Virus record (IMG/VR): IMGVR_UViG_3300046808_000337
Span: 6,038-70,037 of that record
Reading direction: 5' to 3' (one strand)
DNA length: 64,000 bases
From: a virus
In this document: positions 56,801 to 64,000 of the stretch, piece by piece
Position numbering within the stretch: position 1 is the stretch's first letter
Layout: every line of letters starts with the position of its first letter
Notes under the pieces: generated by a model
What the model was told of the DNA's origin: nothing
The model's input: the letters and a program-made list of their open reading frames with translations, nothing else
The model's database searches: none
Program-made: the position numbers and the translations under genes

Positions 56801-57324
56801 GCCTCTACAAACTCTTGTGGAGTCATGCCGCTGTCGTCCATGCTGGTCAGCTTGGCCATCTCCAAACGGTCGATCAGGTTGGCGTATACGTATGCGGCCA
56901 CCCCGTCGTTCATCTTCCTCTCAAGCACTGCATTGTACGCGGCCTCAAAACCTACGTCCTCAACAAACTTCTCTGCCCTAGCCCTAGCGTCAGTTATCGA
57001 CTGTATGTCCCGGTCTAGGCCGGTCTTGCGTAACGACTCGGCTAACCGCTCGTCTGTAGTCCCCACGAATGCCCTTGCAAGCAACGTCTTGAGCGCCCTT
57101 CCCTTCCCTGCCAGTGACTTTAAGTCTGCACGCTTCACCGGCTCTGGCTCGAATGCAATGAACGGGTTCTCCCCGCGCATGCGTCCCTCGTCAAGTGTGC
57201 CGTTGTTTATAAGGTCCATCAGCTTGCCGTCCTTGAGTATTTGCATGAACTCGTCATACGAATACTCTACGGGAGCCTCGCCCTTAGTGTTCTTAAAGGA
57301 TATCTTGCAGGGATTCTTGGCCAT
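53821..57324 (-). CDS. Large helical internal virion/polyvalent-type protein
   Basis: 1167 aa; coiled coils; C-terminal DLNPLSSRFGKI..YIDPWGG..KLHP region typical of large ejected phage proteins. Confidence 0.55.
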   Translation of the reverse strand: MAKNPCKISFKNTKGEAPVEYSYDEFMQILKDGKLMDLINNGTLDEGRMRGENPFIAFEPEPVKRADLKSLAGKGRALKTLLARAFVGTTDERLAESLRKTGLDRDIQSITDARARAEKFVEDVGFEAAYNAVLERKMNDGVAAYVYANLIDRLEMAKLTSMDDSGMTPQEFVEAQNELYSLQTKMMNEFSAVATAYGQFTNALKDIYRNSLFNYSLDKQINDYKKANFNYISPEIEEKYRKLDESIKELNVRIAEMEKRAKEAEDARNLAEIAKAAAEDKLANIDIKDTANDAAAEVLKFKEKSVSFKDSKGNALSIPKGSWAKIVDAAANAVKNLKSKPSLISKASLSGAASNAALNAALDAVRAEPWFQALPDADKKAVEAQVRAQFQSTTPGKISIPSNIIRESVESGVATMDELVQDIKSRIQEKYPNATDRQIRDAISGYGRERAMTQTDIQREIARLRNIGRMESRLEDIQAGKIKAKKPSERAKLTEKEKQLTQEIQDAYEEAGIGDAQRLINAKENAKKRIAELERRLDERDFSKQERKKVKEDEELNELRAERQTLQNQYDKELDKIKKQNSPTKVWDGLGAFWEIARLLQATFDLSMVLVQGLKLTVSHPLYAIRGFNKAYEHFKSESRARKWGEFIKAQPYYETMMKSGLSLSEYDASLSEKEEGFLGGVGNSMWDYLALPFKMFGNAAYTRVTLANPFKAFERAGIGYLNTMRVLRFEDGATMLRDKYGKTFETDPDSYKQVANMVNTFTGRSSLGPLEKNAGLLSKIFYSPKNWASQLKTSTVGFPIFLLTLKDKGTFYPSVAQKMAARDFITWFVVTTGIVSTIAFKANEDDEDEVEVDLNPLSSRFGKIRMGDIYIDPWGGFIQHIVLQARLYNDALVRGGEEKKLGDYNTPTRGGLIAEFARNKLHPTASLLVNYLTTHEEDGKRVNAYGEDFILTDQIQERVTPMIASTLFEIFEEEPNLKGAFLSAYAFLGAGINVYKDKKVTPKYDNPETAGVIKEFKPKGISDIKKDTFAVPLSDDELVQLNVNYRKKAATLLDTYSATKPSLDDKKKFPANFEKVTDNQLEQARAEAIKKGVPEDKLDEESKKMAIEKKKKEKISDEIGDLAKLAQNAAAYEYFKALGKRIPPTIEEAVADYEKKLKQLQKETSK

Positions 57325-57327
57325 GCC

Positions 57328-57819
57328 TTAGAATAGTTTTTTCTCCAACAGGAGCATGTTGAACTTGTCCTTCGCGTCTACGTCCTCGAGCATGTTGAGC
57401 TTGTCGCTATACTCAGCAACCGACTGCTTCTGTAGCATGCGGAACTGCTGTAGGAAGTCGAACACGCACAGGTCCTTCTTGAACACCTCCATTGACGTGC
57501 CTTCGTAGTCCTCGTACAGTGCATACTCGATAGAGTAAGCGTTCTCGATGACGTCGATGAGTCCGCCGAAGGTGATCTGCGGGCGCTCCACTGTTGGAAG
57601 CTCCGGATCCACGTTCCAGTCCACGAGGTAGTCCTCGATCTTCTTTGCGTGCGACAGTTCGTCTTCGGACTCCTTGGCGAAGAACTCAGCCGCCTTGAAG
57701 TAGCCCACGCCCTTACACCAGTTGCTGGCTGCGCGGTAAAAATAAAACGCGTTGTACTCGTCCTTGAGGCGAGGCAACAGCAGGTCTACGACCTCTTTGC
57801 TTAACTTATTTGGTGTCAT
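57328..57819 (-). CDS. Ferritin-like protein
   Basis: DE......Y, FF...SEDELSHAKKI..YL, IE and FLQQF...Q four-helix ferroxidase pattern. Confidence 0.8.
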   Translation of the reverse strand: MTPNKLSKEVVDLLLPRLKDEYNAFYFYRAASNWCKGVGYFKAAEFFAKESEDELSHAKKIEDYLVDWNVDPELPTVERPQITFGGLIDVIENAYSIEYALYEDYEGTSMEVFKKDLCVFDFLQQFRMLQKQSVAEYSDKLNMLEDVDAKDKFNMLLLEKKLF

Positions 57820-60800
57820 GGACAGTTACCTGATTTCGTTAAAAGTTGAGCGTCCTCGAGCATTCGAGTGATCTCCTTAAAGTTGCTGTAAATATAGGAC
57901 AGTTTAGGGTCTCTGTCCAAAATAGCGTTTATCTTCTGGCGCTCAGCCCATCCGCCACCCTCACGCATCTCGGCGTATAGGTCGGCAACCTCCTTGGCAT
58001 TGTTGTCCGCGAGCTGGGCCTTGGACTTAATCTCTGGCTTTGCCTTTATCTCCGCCAATCTATTGTTGAACTCGTCCTCGTTCTGCTTCATTGCCAGATA
58101 CAAGCCGTCGTGTGTGGTGCGCTCGTTCTTCACAGCGTCCCATATCATGTGGTGCCCGATGTACTCAGATATTGCTGGGTCAACACCAAACGCGTCTCCT
58201 ACAGCCTTCATGCGTCGGAGTATTTCCTTTTGTAACGGGGTAAGGTTCTTGAGTGACTTTAGCAACTCTGTCTGCATAGCCTGCTCCTTGGGGGTAAGCT
58301 CTCCCTTGAAGACCACGCCGCGCATCCATCCCTGGATCTCACGTGCGTCAATAACTCCACGGGTTCCTATGCCTAGGAAGTTTGACACGAAGCCAACCTT
58401 TGCCTGTGATATACCCTTGAGTTGAGCAATACCATCGAACAGCTGCTGTTGGTCCTGCACGCCGCCCTTGAGCATGTCGGCAAACTCGTTGATGTTTGTC
58501 AAGTTAATCTGCTTGCCTTCGGTGTTGCCAAACAGGTTGTTAAACTTCGACTCACCCTCGCTGAACATACCAAACGGCTTCATGGACTTGGCTATAAACG
58601 CCCGGTCCTTTGCGTCAATCTTTCCACGGCCTATGTTGTCGAGCATGCGCTTTCCTTCCGGTGTGGTGAGCAGGTACGCCATGGCGCCCTCTGTACGGAT
58701 CTTGCCGCGCTCCTTCTCCACAAATACCTCGTCCACGTTCTGTCCTATTGCGTCCTCGAACTTGCTTATTGTCAAGTCCCCTGATCGGATAGAAGACACG
58801 GCCATCATGTACGCCTTGGCCAAGTCTGTCGGGCCAACATTTCCGGAGCGGAGCTTCTCGCCCATCTCCAGGATGTGGTTCATCACGTCTCCAAGGTAGG
58901 TAGGGTCATTAGCGCCGACAATCTCAATCATGGAGTCTGTGGTAATGAACCCGGTCTCGTCGTATACGAGCTGAGCCTTGCTGGCTATCTTGGATGGTGG
59001 TAGTTGTTTGGATACTTTGTACTCTGCTTCTTTTAATTTTTTAGCAGCGCCTTTAATTGGAACAAATCCCTTACCTCCAGCTACACTTGTTGCTACGTCA
59101 GCTTGAATAGGAACTAAAGCACCTTCTATTTTTGACAAATAGTTTTCCTTGAGCGATATCTTTTTAGCGGCAGGCAACATTGTGTAAATCTTCAATGCCT
59201 CAATCGCTTTTTGCTTTTCTTCTTCGCTTATGGTTTTGTCTTTATTGATTTTATCCGCTTCTTTACGAACCTCAGCTTTATAGTCGTCAATGTTTGGATA
59301 CTGTTCTCTTACTATTTGATTCAACTCTTCATCGGGAAGAGTAATTTCCATGTTTGGTTTTGCATACTGAGCAAAATTCTCATTCACGTCATACAATCCA
59401 TCAAGCACAAAGTGGTTTGTTCCCGGGAGTTTAGCGTTAAACAAAGGGTGTTCAATTCCTTTCCCTTGTGTTACCTCAATTAAAGCCTCTCTTTCTGCCT
59501 TGCTCGTCACGTCAATTTCAAAACCAGCAACAACATATCCGCCCTCATTGTTACGCATCATTTCATCAGTCAATATGGTATCGTCACCATACTCCTTCAA
59601 GAAGTTGTAAATCGTAACCCCGTTATCTAAAAACGCTTTTTTGGTTTTTGCGCTTTTCACATTTATACGGGTATTGGGTTGATCAAGCATAAAGGTTTTA
59701 GCTATCTTGGATCTTGACTGGAACCCGGTTATTTCAAGATACTCTTTAGTCAGAGCATCCGCATTTGATTTAGGATTGATTTTTTTAAAGAAATTTACTA
59801 ATCGGTCAATGTCTTTAGCTCTTGTTTTCTCTGGATATTTACCTTTTATGCCCTTACCTTCTCTTATCAATCTTTCCATGTCCGCCTTGATTTCATTCCA
59901 ATTTTCGTTTTTTGAAATGTCAATAAGCGACTCCATGAAATATTGAGTTCCATATGAATTGTTTATGGTAGTATGTGGCGGTTGAACCATAATTAAAACA
60001 AGGGTCTTGCCTTTACCATACGCCTTATCAGCAGAAGTGTAAACTGATTTTACTGTTCCAATATTCAAACTTGCAAAACCAATTTCATCATTGACGTTCT
60101 TTAGATTGTTTGCAAATCCAGGCCCACCATAAATCTCACGTCCCTTACTGTCAACGCCATAACCTGTCGCGTCACTAGTAATAATAACTACACGACCGTT
60201 GTATTCCTTAATAACTTCTGCAAGCGATTTTGTGGGAACTGTAGCGATTGCCAAATCCTTCTTACCTTTTGGTATGATGTAATCTCCAATTGCGGATTTG
60301 CTCTTTAATTCTGATTTTACAAAATTACCATCCGGGTCTACCTCTACAGCTAAATAACCGCTGTAAGGCTCTGAAGTCATCAAGTCGTCAATAGGAGTTC
60401 CTGCCTTGATGCCTTTTGCGATTGTATTAAAAAATTCGAGCGCGTCCTTCTGGTCCTGTAGATCCTGGAACGGCTGGAATTTATCGAATGTAACCGTTGA
60501 CATTATCTTGTTGATAAGCTCTGCTATCTTACGGACGATGCCGTAGTTCAACGGGGTTTCCTTATCGGATAATATCGCTGACAACTCGGTGAGGTACTCC
60601 TCTGCCTGGCCAGCCTCGTCCGCAATTTCTTTGTACCTGTCGGCAAAGTCAGACAGTCTCTTGTTGCCGGAGACTGAGATTATCTTCTCGATCTTGTTGC
60701 GGAAGTCAATGAATGCCGCCGTGTTGTCCCCAAACGTCTTGAGAAGTATCGCGTGGGTAACCTCGTGTACCACCGTCTTTGGCGTGGCGTTGCTGAGGTT

Positions 60801-61871
60801 GATGTCTATACGCCCAACTATAGTACCGTCGCTAGACGTGTTGTACGCAAAGTTACCCTGAGAGTTCTTCTGCCCGTTAAGACCAGCCATAGCCGCTGCG
60901 TACTGCTTTGGATCCTCGTGGATGTGGATGTCCATGGATGGGAACACAGACTTCAGTGTGCGTGCAGCCTTCTTAGCCGCAGCTATCACAGCCTTCTTGG
61001 TGGCGTTGTCCGAGTGCTTGCGCTCGAGTGCGTCCATTGAAGCCTTGTTCCCGGCACGTGTGCCTGTAGGAACGCCTTCCATCTCCAAGGTCTCGTTGGT
61101 CTCAATTTCACCGGACAGGCTTGGCTTGGACTTCATCTGCTCCTGTAACGCAACCGCGTTCTCTACAGCCGCAACTAGTTCTGGCTCCACGCCATTCTCT
61201 ACCGCGTTGTGGTACGCCTCGGATATTTGCTGTGACGCAGGCTTGCCGATGGACAGCTTTACCTGCTTGGCAATAGACTCGTACACCGTAGGAAGGACCT
61301 TGGCTAGGTTCATGACCGCCGCCGTGGTGTTGTCCACGTTCTTGAGTGCCGCCTTTACCGTGTCTGTTACCGGGGCCTTTGGGAACTCCTTCTTGGCAGT
61401 AGGCTTCTTTTCTGTTGTGGTTTTCTTTTCGGGAACCGCTACCGAGCTTTCAATAATTAATTTACCATTTTCAACCTTGCTAGTAATGTTCTTTTCAGGA
61501 TACTTGTTTTTAAGTTCTTGTATATCGGAATCTATCTTCTGTCTTTGCTCAGGAGTAGCTTTAGATATATTAGGTACAACAGACTTACCAGTTTTAAGTA
61601 TATCAGCTTCCATGATTGCTAAACTTTGGTTGCCGATATTGCTGAAGAAAGACTTAATGTCTTCACTCACTGTTGTCTTTATATACCCGTTGTCGGTGAG
61701 CCACTTGGTCACGCTGCCCACGTCCATATTGCCGCCGGCGTTCTGGTACTTGGACATCATGTCCGCCAAAGCCGGGGTATAGTTCATGTGTGCAGCCAGG
61801 GACTCCTTTGAACCAAACACCTGGCCCGCATCCTTGCCTGTCTTGAGTATATATACGCAGCCTTTAGCCAT
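57816..61871 (-). CDS. Large polyvalent protein (zincin + HhH-like domain)
   Basis: 1351 aa; VVHEVTH...EEY..E metallopeptidase; C-terminal LKGISQAKVGF..FLG....VIDAR..HHMIWD. Confidence 0.6.
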   Translation of the reverse strand: MAKGCVYILKTGKDAGQVFGSKESLAAHMNYTPALADMMSKYQNAGGNMDVGSVTKWLTDNGYIKTTVSEDIKSFFSNIGNQSLAIMEADILKTGKSVVPNISKATPEQRQKIDSDIQELKNKYPEKNITSKVENGKLIIESSVAVPEKKTTTEKKPTAKKEFPKAPVTDTVKAALKNVDNTTAAVMNLAKVLPTVYESIAKQVKLSIGKPASQQISEAYHNAVENGVEPELVAAVENAVALQEQMKSKPSLSGEIETNETLEMEGVPTGTRAGNKASMDALERKHSDNATKKAVIAAAKKAARTLKSVFPSMDIHIHEDPKQYAAAMAGLNGQKNSQGNFAYNTSSDGTIVGRIDINLSNATPKTVVHEVTHAILLKTFGDNTAAFIDFRNKIEKIISVSGNKRLSDFADRYKEIADEAGQAEEYLTELSAILSDKETPLNYGIVRKIAELINKIMSTVTFDKFQPFQDLQDQKDALEFFNTIAKGIKAGTPIDDLMTSEPYSGYLAVEVDPDGNFVKSELKSKSAIGDYIIPKGKKDLAIATVPTKSLAEVIKEYNGRVVIITSDATGYGVDSKGREIYGGPGFANNLKNVNDEIGFASLNIGTVKSVYTSADKAYGKGKTLVLIMVQPPHTTINNSYGTQYFMESLIDISKNENWNEIKADMERLIREGKGIKGKYPEKTRAKDIDRLVNFFKKINPKSNADALTKEYLEITGFQSRSKIAKTFMLDQPNTRINVKSAKTKKAFLDNGVTIYNFLKEYGDDTILTDEMMRNNEGGYVVAGFEIDVTSKAEREALIEVTQGKGIEHPLFNAKLPGTNHFVLDGLYDVNENFAQYAKPNMEITLPDEELNQIVREQYPNIDDYKAEVRKEADKINKDKTISEEEKQKAIEALKIYTMLPAAKKISLKENYLSKIEGALVPIQADVATSVAGGKGFVPIKGAAKKLKEAEYKVSKQLPPSKIASKAQLVYDETGFITTDSMIEIVGANDPTYLGDVMNHILEMGEKLRSGNVGPTDLAKAYMMAVSSIRSGDLTISKFEDAIGQNVDEVFVEKERGKIRTEGAMAYLLTTPEGKRMLDNIGRGKIDAKDRAFIAKSMKPFGMFSEGESKFNNLFGNTEGKQINLTNINEFADMLKGGVQDQQQLFDGIAQLKGISQAKVGFVSNFLGIGTRGVIDAREIQGWMRGVVFKGELTPKEQAMQTELLKSLKNLTPLQKEILRRMKAVGDAFGVDPAISEYIGHHMIWDAVKNERTTHDGLYLAMKQNEDEFNNRLAEIKAKPEIKSKAQLADNNAKEVADLYAEMREGGGWAERQKINAILDRDPKLSYIYSNFKEITRMLEDAQLLTKSGNCP

Positions 61872-61874
61872 GCA

Positions 61875-62828
61875 TTAAAAAGTTATTGGTTTAGAGTCTG
61901 TAATAACTGGTTCGTATCCATAAGGAGTGCCGTTATCTATCTTCTTGTAGATTATATATTTTTTCTTTCCGTTTATTAAAAACTCACCGTAATGCTTGTC
62001 GTTAGAGTGTCGGACAGGGTACCTAGCTGTACCTATACGTACCTCTGTAGCGTATTCGGGAGTACCCATACCAGGATTGGCGTTTTGTATAGCATCTGAA
62101 TACTGCCTAGAGCTGTTCTGTGTTTCCCTTACCTGTATAATCTCGCGGTTTTCCTCGCCAATAGGCGTGCCTCCTGAAACGGGGGTTGGTGTTTGCTGTG
62201 GAACTGTTTGGGGTACTGGCTGTGGAGTCGTTTGAGGTACTGGCTGAATAATAAGTTTTTCTTGTGGTTTCCATTTGTACGTCTTTTTTTCACCCTCTTC
62301 TTTATCAAACGCTATCATGTCCTTCTGAGGACCGCCACAAAACAAAGAAGTCTTACCGTCAACGTCGCATACGTAGGCCGGTAAGTTGTCCCACGTGTAG
62401 TTTGAGTTTAGGCTCAGGTTTAACGAATTGAGGTACCTGTCACGAACATTTGGTGGTAGGTTTTGTTTCAAAAACGAGTTTCTACCCTCCTCGGTCGTCA
62501 AATCCATTACTTTACCAGTAGGGTTCTGGGCCTTCCATTCCTCAAGGGTAAGTTTCCTAGTCTGTGGTGTGCCTGTAGGTGGATCGATTGGTCCACCCTC
62601 CTCGAAAGGAATTTCACTAAGGTCGATCATAACCCCTTCCACTGCCTCCTGACCAGGACCATTATAGTTTGGCAGGCCCTGAACTAACGAGTCAATACAC
62701 TCGTGGCAACCTTCGTTCAACTTCTTTTTAACCCAGTTGACCTTGTTTTTAGGAATAATAGCCATAATCCCCGTAGTGGAGAATATCGCCATCTCGTCGC
62801 CTTCTACTTCTAACAGCTTCTTTTCCAT
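61875..62828 (-). CDS. Putative virion cargo protein
   Basis: 317 aa; LEVEGDE, AVEG/FEEGG motifs, P/Q/T linker. Confidence 0.5.
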   Translation of the reverse strand: MEKKLLEVEGDEMAIFSTTGIMAIIPKNKVNWVKKKLNEGCHECIDSLVQGLPNYNGPGQEAVEGVMIDLSEIPFEEGGPIDPPTGTPQTRKLTLEEWKAQNPTGKVMDLTTEEGRNSFLKQNLPPNVRDRYLNSLNLSLNSNYTWDNLPAYVCDVDGKTSLFCGGPQKDMIAFDKEEGEKKTYKWKPQEKLIIQPVPQTTPQPVPQTVPQQTPTPVSGGTPIGEENREIIQVRETQNSSRQYSDAIQNANPGMGTPEYATEVRIGTARYPVRHSNDKHYGEFLINGKKKYIIYKKIDNGTPYGYEPVITDSKPITF

Positions 62829-64000
62829 TATGTTATAGGGGTTAAATTCCCGTACTGATCAGGGACGTAATTTACACCATTTATTGTTACCATTTGCTGT
62901 CCGTTAGCAGAAAGTCCATGCTGATACATGTTCTGCTGGGCAGGAGCCTGTTGCATTGGCTGTTGGCCTACACCCATAGCCTTAGCTGCGTTACCAAGGT
63001 TCCGGTTTACTGGAGCCAACTTCATCGACATCTTATGTGCCGCACTCAACTTATCCCCTGCCTCAAAAGTCTTAGCCGCGTTATTGGCAACGCCTGCTGT
63101 TACGGCCATTCCTGCAACGCTACCTGCTACGTCTAAGATGCCACCCACCTTGTCAAGAGTGCTAGTGTGCTTAGACTCATCGTAGTTCTTGGCGTCTATC
63201 TGTCCCACCTGGTTTACGATGCCACCAACCGCACCAACTGCCGAAGCAATTGGGGCTGTAACAGGTATGACCTTTAGTGCGTTACCAACTATTTTACCAG
63301 CAAAGTTTGATGCATCATCGAACTTGTCGTTTCGGTACTGGTCCTCGTCAATTATGTCCTGCATAGACTTAATTCCAGCCACACTACCTACCGTTCCAAG
63401 GGCCGCATCTATTCCGGTGTATCCAACGTCTCTTAATGTGTTCCAGAATGCACCGTTCTTTGCCTTGAAATTAGGATCCTTGCCGGTGTAGTTTATCTTA
63501 CCGCCTGCAATCTCGATGTCGATACCCCCGTCTGCGTGACTCTTACCCTTGAACTCCTTCACGACGTCCCACTTACCGCCCGGGATGAAGCCCATACGCA
63601 TTCCTTTTTCGGCCTTTTTTGTACCCGGAGGACACTTTACCTCTACCCTCTTCTCCTTGACCATCTTGTCCACGTCCGTCATTGTCACAACCTTTTCGCC
63701 AAGCGCCTTCTTCATAAGGGTTTCCGCCTCGTTAAGTCCGCCCTGCTTGTTCTCCTTCTTCATCTCGGCGAGCTTTGCCTTTGTTTCGGAACTCTGCTCG
63801 AGCGACATAGGTGCGGTACCAACAGCGTCGTCGTATATCATCTTCTCCAAGGCGTTGATCGTGGCGATGCGCTGCTGTCCCTCGGTGGGAACCTCTGGCA
63901 TCTTGGGTGCCTCTGCCTTCTTCTTCTTACGTTCAGGTGTTGCCGGCTTCTCTTGAGCAGCCTTGTTTGCCTCCTCTTGCAGTGCCGTATACTTCTTACC
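62828..64000 (-). CDS. Putative virion cargo protein, partial (frame open to window end)
   Basis: G.SH..GGI motif, AEKG/AKNG motifs, Gly/Ala hydrophobic segments; no stop upstream of 63901. Confidence 0.55.
   Translation of the reverse strand, partial: GKKYTALQEEANKAAQEKPATPERKKKKAEAPKMPEVPTEGQQRIATINALEKMIYDDAVGTAPMSLEQSSETKAKLAEMKKENKQGGLNEAETLMKKALGEKVVTMTDVDKMVKEKRVEVKCPPGTKKAEKGMRMGFIPGGKWDVVKEFKGKSHADGGIDIEIAGGKINYTGKDPNFKAKNGAFWNTLRDVGYTGIDAALGTVGSVAGIKSMQDIIDEDQYRNDKFDDASNFAGKIVGNALKVIPVTAPIASAVGAVGGIVNQVGQIDAKNYDESKHTSTLDKVGGILDVAGSVAGMAVTAGVANNAAKTFEAGDKLSAAHKMSMKLAPVNRNLGNAAKAMGVGQQPMQQAPAQQNMYQHGLSANGQQMVTINGVNYVPDQYGNLTPIT

Noticed and set aside
53897-63956. Long plus-strand ORFs (e.g. 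55997-56635, 60922-61782)
   Set aside because: Antisense shadows of codon-biased minus-strand genes
1-64000. Stop-codon reassignment as in some crAss-like phages
   Set aside because: Long genes are intact in code 11, TAG and TGA end genes at coupled junctions, and no suppressor tRNA is seen

Overview
This window is part of a dsDNA tailed phage genome. The host is almost certainly a Bacteroidota bacterium: about 20 TAnnTTTG (-7) / TTTG (-33) promoters are present, most genes have SD-less A/C-rich start regions, and there is a BT4734-type primase-helicase. Layout: (1) 1-20 kb, minus strand: crAss-like podovirus morphogenesis block (ejection protein, tail stabiliser, three ring proteins, MCP, portal, TerL, GroES-like proteins). 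(2) 20-29 kb, plus strand: replication and middle genes plus a tRNA cluster. (3) 29-30.2 kb, minus strand: operon of tiny basic proteins. (4) 30.2-31.65 kb: non-coding, probable genome-end or entry region. (5) 31.65-43.2 kb, plus strand: early and recombination genes. (6) 43.3-64 kb, minus strand: lysis, tail fibre, ferritin and large virion/polyvalent proteins. No DNA or RNA polymerase, integrase or CRISPR array is recognisable. The most striking signal is an RNA-level control layer that the ORF track does not show. It comprises two covarying type I hammerhead ribozymes and two tRNA-top-half mimics arranged as [mini-tRNA]-ORF-[hammerhead] cassettes (identical stems I could allow a 1,849-nt circular RNA), a ~350-nt structured early leader, and two sequence-unrelated three-hairpin attenuators whose first loop is complementary to the terminator loop. 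It also includes stand-alone small RNAs antisense to phage start regions and two tRNA-like genes with scrambled anticodon arms. A chromosomal-type parS site lies in the non-coding region. Protein calls come from motif recognition and synteny by eye; no searches or folding programs were run.
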